This document shows, piece by piece, positions 59,917 through 64,000 of a DNA stretch of 64,000 nt. Position 1 is the stretch's first letter; every line of letters begins with the position of its first letter. The position numbers and the translations under genes are program-made. Origin of the DNA: Candidatus Marinacidobacterales bacterium (GTDB lineage Bacteria > Acidobacteriota > Vicinamibacteria > Marinacidobacterales > SMYC01); contig CBDCYI010000005.1 in the NCBI GenBank assembly GCA_965224085.1, positions 1,056,001-1,120,000 of the forward strand, given 5' to 3'. The notes beneath the pieces were generated by a model. The model was not told the origin of the DNA and ran no database searches. It worked only from the letters and a program-made list of their open reading frames with translations.

Positions 59917-62472
59917 CTATTGCATGAGTGCGTTGAAGAGCAGCTTGAACGTACCGTGGGTCTGTGCCCGGTGCTGCGTCCGGAATCCTACGAGAACGAC
60001 GCGGCCGTCGCCGACTTTCGCTGAGACCATCGCGGCCTTCTTGGACAAGTGCTCTTCTCCGACGAGCCATCCGCTTTGAAGGATGTCGCGGTCGACGTAG
60101 CGGGCGATCGTCTCGTAGCGGTCGTTGTTGCGCGACGGCGTAATCTCGAAGGCTGAGTTGGACCAAAACAAAACGAGCCCATCCGAAGGCATGCCCCATG
60201 CGAGCGGGCTCGTGTTATCGAACGTCACTTTGAGCGTCGAGCCGGGGCAGAAAAAGTCCTTGCTGTCCACCCCATCGAGAACGTTGCGGACATTGAGCTC
60301 GAAGGACTCGATCGCGAAATCGGTGGCGTCGCCGAGTGCTATGAGGGTCCCGCCATTCTCGACGAACGCTTTCAATGCTTCGGTGCCCTCGTCGCCGATG
60401 CCGGACATGTATTCCGGTGGATAGACCTGAGGTGGGCGCCCCGGACGCCTCGGCCCTTCCTTACCCATGATCATCGCCGTCGTGTCGTGCGGAATGATGA
60501 GAACGTCGTAGCTGGCGTTCAAGTTCCCTGCTCGGATCTCGTCATCCTCGACCGACTTGTACGGCATGGCGAACTGCTCGAGGAGGAAGCGGGTCCAGCC
60601 CTCGTCCATATTGCCGCCGCGATAGCGGTGATACATGCCGACACGCATGCGTTTCAAGTCGTGGAGCCCCGTGCGCGGCTCGCGCGTCACGGCTTTGAAG
60701 TCGACGCCCGTTTCTTCGGCCACCTCTTCGAGACCGGAGCCGCCCGAGACGATGAAGTCGCCCCGGTGGAATCCGTCGGTCTCGACGTTCACGCGCCGCA
60801 CGCTCGCCCCTTTGTCGAGCAGCATGTTGACGGCTTTGTAGCTCGCGTTGTGGCGCCCGTCGAGCACATAGCGTGACGCTCCCGATGCCACCGTGCCGGC
60901 TGTCTTGACCGATCCCGTCACCCGGGTGAAGTCGTCGACGCGTTCTCCGACCGGATCGACCCGCACGCCCATAAACTCCGCCATCGTATGGGTCGACGTG
61001 TCATAGGGGCGGAGCGGTGAGCCGTCGCGCGCGCGCGTCCACTCATTGTCGGGATAGAAGGTCTGTCCGAGAAGATTGCGGATGAGACCCATCTTCGGCT
61101 GTGCGAGTGAGACGACGTAGGAGCCCGCTTCGTATTGCACGCCGTCGACGGCGAAAGCTTGACCCGCTTTTTGGATCTCGACATCCGACTGCAGCAGAGT
61201 ATCGATCATTTTCGTCGCGGTGAGCGAATCGTGCTGCGAGGCCGGGATGACGTAGGCCTTTGGGAATCCCGCAGCGCCGCGCTCGGTTTGGCGCTTCGCT
61301 TTCACGTAGCCGTTCCAGAGAACCGTTTCCTTGTTGCGCGCCGCGAGATCCTGAATTGACCACGCCGCTATCTTTTGTTGCGCGACGATGTCTCGAAGCC
61401 GCCACCAGCCCCCGGGCCATGGGTTAGGCATGTTCGACTGCGCTTCGTATTCGGGGAGACCGCGGGCGCCGCCTCGAAGTTGGTCTGGATGCAAATAGAG
61501 TGGTGTCGCGAGACTCGCGCTCGCGGATTCGGTCAACATGCCCGACATATTGTGAAACGGCGTGATCCAGTGCCACCCGAAATGTCCCCAGCCGGGGTAC
61601 TGGCCTGCATTGAGAACGCCCGCCATCGCGTTTTCTTCGAGCTTGTAGGCGATGTGGGCGCCGTACCACGAGAGCTCGCGCCAGACGAGCGGGTCGGCAT
61701 AAGGGCGAATGGGCTCGCTATAGGGCGGCACGTAGAAACGCGCGCCGTAGCTCCCCATCTGGTGATGGTCGACATAAGCTTGAGGTTTCCAGTCGCGATA
61801 GAGAACCTTCGCGGTGTAGACGGCCTCGACCATGTTGAGGAAGTCCGCGTCCCGATTATTGTCGTGGCCGACATATTTGTGGTACAGCCACGGCAGACCC
61901 ACACCTTCGAACTCGGTGCCTTTGTTCTTGTAGTACCAGTCCCTGACCATGACCTGGCCGTCGGGGTTGAAGTTCGGAAAGAGGATCAAGATCGTGTTGT
62001 CGAGGATGCGTTGCGTTTCTTCGTCGTCCCTCGCGAGGAAGTCGTAGGCGAGCTCGGGCGCGGTCTGGGCTCCAGCGACTTCCGTCGAGTGGAGGCCGAA
62101 GGACTGGCTCACGACGGCCTTGCCTTCCTTGATGAGCTCTCGTATTTCGGCTTCCGATTTGTGCGGGTCTTGGATCTGCTTGTTGACTTCTTGCAGCCGG
62201 TCGAGATTAGCCATGTTCTTCGGTGAAGAGATGATGGCTAATAAGTAAGGATGGCCTTCCGTCGAAGGTCCGAGATTGGTGACCTGGATGCGATCGCTCT
62301 CTCGGTCGAGGAGCTCGAAATACTCGACGATCTTGTCCCAATGCGCGAGCTCGCCATCGGCGCCGAGCTGGAAGCCGAAAAACTGGTCCGGCGGCGTGAT
62401 GTTGTTGGCCGCGGTCGCGGTCGTCGCGACGGCGAGAAGTGCTACGAGGACGAAACGGATGGCGAAGCGCAT
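59917..62472 (-). CDS. Exported M14 zinc carboxypeptidase with C-terminal GATase-like domain
   Basis: HSTE, NPDG, DNNRD, DHHQMG, MDEGWTR, FVENGGTLI. Confidence 0.9.
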   Translation of the reverse strand: MRFAIRFVLVALLAVATTATAANNITPPDQFFGFQLGADGELAHWDKIVEYFELLDRESDRIQVTNLGPSTEGHPYLLAIISSPKNMANLDRLQEVNKQIQDPHKSEAEIRELIKEGKAVVSQSFGLHSTEVAGAQTAPELAYDFLARDDEETQRILDNTILILFPNFNPDGQVMVRDWYYKNKGTEFEGVGLPWLYHKYVGHDNNRDADFLNMVEAVYTAKVLYRDWKPQAYVDHHQMGSYGARFYVPPYSEPIRPYADPLVWRELSWYGAHIAYKLEENAMAGVLNAGQYPGWGHFGWHWITPFHNMSGMLTESASASLATPLYLHPDQLRGGARGLPEYEAQSNMPNPWPGGWWRLRDIVAQQKIAAWSIQDLAARNKETVLWNGYVKAKRQTERGAAGFPKAYVIPASQHDSLTATKMIDTLLQSDVEIQKAGQAFAVDGVQYEAGSYVVSLAQPKMGLIRNLLGQTFYPDNEWTRARDGSPLRPYDTSTHTMAEFMGVRVDPVGERVDDFTRVTGSVKTAGTVASGASRYVLDGRHNASYKAVNMLLDKGASVRRVNVETDGFHRGDFIVSGGSGLEEVAEETGVDFKAVTREPRTGLHDLKRMRVGMYHRYRGGNMDEGWTRFLLEQFAMPYKSVEDDEIRAGNLNASYDVLIIPHDTTAMIMGKEGPRRPGRPPQVYPPEYMSGIGDEGTEALKAFVENGGTLIALGDATDFAIESFELNVRNVLDGVDSKDFFCPGSTLKVTFDNTSPLAWGMPSDGLVLFWSNSAFEITPSRNNDRYETIARYVDRDILQSGWLVGEEHLSKKAAMVSAKVGDGRVVLVGFRTQHRAQTHGTFKLLFNALMQ

Positions 62473-62827
62473 GGAACCTCCTTTTGGGCGAGGGAGATTC
62501 TAACGTCTTGCAGAGCGGACTTCCATCGGCGTCAAGCAACATCAGGAACGACTACAACACCGACATCACGCCCTTTGCAATCCAGTAAATCTAGACGGAA
62601 CCGAGACGAGTTCTTGAACGGGCCGTCGACGACCTTGCCTCGAATCGAACGCTATGAAACGCTTTGCGGCGAGGTCGACCATGAAACTGTTCACGTTCTG
62701 GGGAGCTCCTAACGCCGGGCTGTCCTGGCCGGGGCGATACAGTCATGCGCCGGCCGAAGTCCTGGACTTGAGGGATCTCGTCGGGTTGCATCGTTTAATA
62801 AGGTTGATTGCGGAAGCCGGCCGTTGA

Positions 62828-63298
62828 ATGGCTGTACCGGAGCTCGTCTTCAGTCCGCCCGGCGAGCCTCCGTTTACCATCGACGCCCTCGTCGAGGAAG
62901 AAGACTCGTACCTATCGCTCTCCGCCGAGCCCGTTGTCGATTTTACCCAGAAGCCGGTTGAGCACTCGGTTCGCGTGATGACGGCAGCCAGGGACGCCGA
63001 AGAAGTCGAGCCTGGAACGGTGGTCGTTCGTCAAGGCCATCCGCTGAGGCTTCTTGCTGTCATCCACCGGTTACATGTGAGCCCGACGTGGCGAGAGCCC
63101 TGGGTGGTGCGCGCGATCGAGAATCTTTGCATGGAAGTCGGACGGCACCAGATCCGCGCTCTCGGGACACCATTGCTTGGAACCGTGCACGGCGAAATGG
63201 GCCCACAAAAAGCGTTCGAGCTCTCAGGTCCACTGCTAGTTGAGGAACCCGGATTGCGACGAATCTGGATCATGAGAACCAGTGTCCGGACGAAGTAA
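62828..63298 (+). CDS. Hypothetical protein, possibly macro-domain-like
   Basis: IDALVEEED, PGTVV, PLLGTVHG pattern. Confidence 0.55.
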   Translation: MAVPELVFSPPGEPPFTIDALVEEEDSYLSLSAEPVVDFTQKPVEHSVRVMTAARDAEEVEPGTVVVRQGHPLRLLAVIHRLHVSPTWREPWVVRAIENLCMEVGRHQIRALGTPLLGTVHGEMGPQKAFELSGPLLVEEPGLRRIWIMRTSVRTK

Positions 63299-63359
63299 CG
63301 ATATCGCCGCGGAGCGGGGGGGCCGGTAGTCTCGACGCCGGGTCAAGAAATTTACCTCG

Positions 63360-63630
63360 TCACAAGTGCTCGGGAGTGAGAGCTGTGTGTTTGGCAATGC
63401 GCGCAAGCAGCTTCGGACCGATTTCCTCGTAGTGATGCCAGCGGTTCTCCTCCCTCAAGGCGTATAAGACTTCGGTCGGGCGACGGGTCCAGAACTCCTG
63501 ACACAAGAAATACACCTTTGCCTCGGACAAGATACGTGGATACATGCTGTCGTACGATCCTTGGATGCGGTAGGCAACGCTCCGGTCGGGATCCAAAGCC
63601 GCGACGCGGTCGCCAAACGCTCCCATCATT
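63360..63630 (-). pseudogene. DUF2817-like C-terminal remnant
   Basis: QEFWT..VLYALREENRWH resembles the E(F/Y)GT..AL..EN motif; no N-terminus. Confidence 0.45.
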
Positions 63631-63991
63631 TCACGAGGACCACCTCGCGGCGGCGCGGTAGAGGCACGCCGAAGGATCGACAGATCAAAGGCCGCGCATC
63701 GTAGAGCTGGCAACGCCCCTCAGGATCCAAAGCCGGGCACATTTCCCTCGCTTTGTCACGCGCCCGCTGCGCAAGCTCTTTCCGTTCGGCGTCCGGCAGG
63801 CGCGCCAAGCCGCTCTGAAAAAACGCTGCCTCGACGTGAGTGACCGAAAGGCGCGCGCGGCAGCAGTCGGTGCATCCGGCGCGACACTGCATGCACGTGC
63901 CCCGGCGCGCCTGTATTTTCGCGAAGTCCTCGTCGACGGCGTTCGCGAGATCGGAGAGACGTGCCAGCGGATCTTTCTCGTGAACAGCCAT
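63626..63991 (-). CDS. YkgJ family cysteine-cluster protein, possibly C-terminally truncated
   Basis: CRAGCTDCC, CPAL..GRCQLYDARPLICR. Confidence 0.85.
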   Translation of the reverse strand: MAVHEKDPLARLSDLANAVDEDFAKIQARRGTCMQCRAGCTDCCRARLSVTHVEAAFFQSGLARLPDAERKELAQRARDKAREMCPALDPEGRCQLYDARPLICRSFGVPLPRRREVVLVK

Positions 63992-64000
63992 TGTGCTCAC

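Noticed and set aside
62591-62791. 66-aa ORF between the M14 gene and the 62828 ORF
   Set aside because: No motif or RBS, and atypical composition.
63589-63735. 13-bp direct repeat GGATCCAAAGCCG (ALDP in both ORFs)
   Set aside because: It does not coincide with the apparent junction near 63630; probably coincidental.

Overview
GC-rich bacterial chromosomal window; the gene content (bshC, kinase-PEGA-TonB fusion, ComEC-like MBLs, M14 peptidase, bactofilin plus MTase-like pair) suggests an Acidobacteriota-like diderm, which is inference only. Intact housekeeping and metabolic genes include argS (3' part), lepB, bshC, metH, rmlA, rmlC, glpK, recQ, hutH, proS, an NtrC-type regulator with a hybrid kinase, and an aminotransferase/CoA-transferase/MATE operon. 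These are interleaved with many decay scars: in-frame internal deletions (ggt, M20 peptidase, TonB-receptor chimera), abutting truncated genes (NAD-GDH/Lhr, decarboxylase/hutH), nonsense codons (M18 aminopeptidase with two TGA, bactofilin, CDGSH remnant) and single-base frameshifts. Mobile DNA comprises an IS630 plus a 165-bp MITE stacked at the metH stop codon, two apparently identical inverted IS6 copies around a chimeric outer-membrane gene, and an IS903-like IS5 element supplying the proS stop. Best candidates for an undescribed system are (i) a Ser/Thr kinase-PEGA-TonB / FHA-zinc ribbon-RDD / LepB operon and (ii) sigma54 promoters in front of an orphan FliA-type sigma factor and a secreted HExxH protein. 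No rRNA, tRNA or CRISPR array was seen. All calls come from reading motifs by eye; no database search was run.
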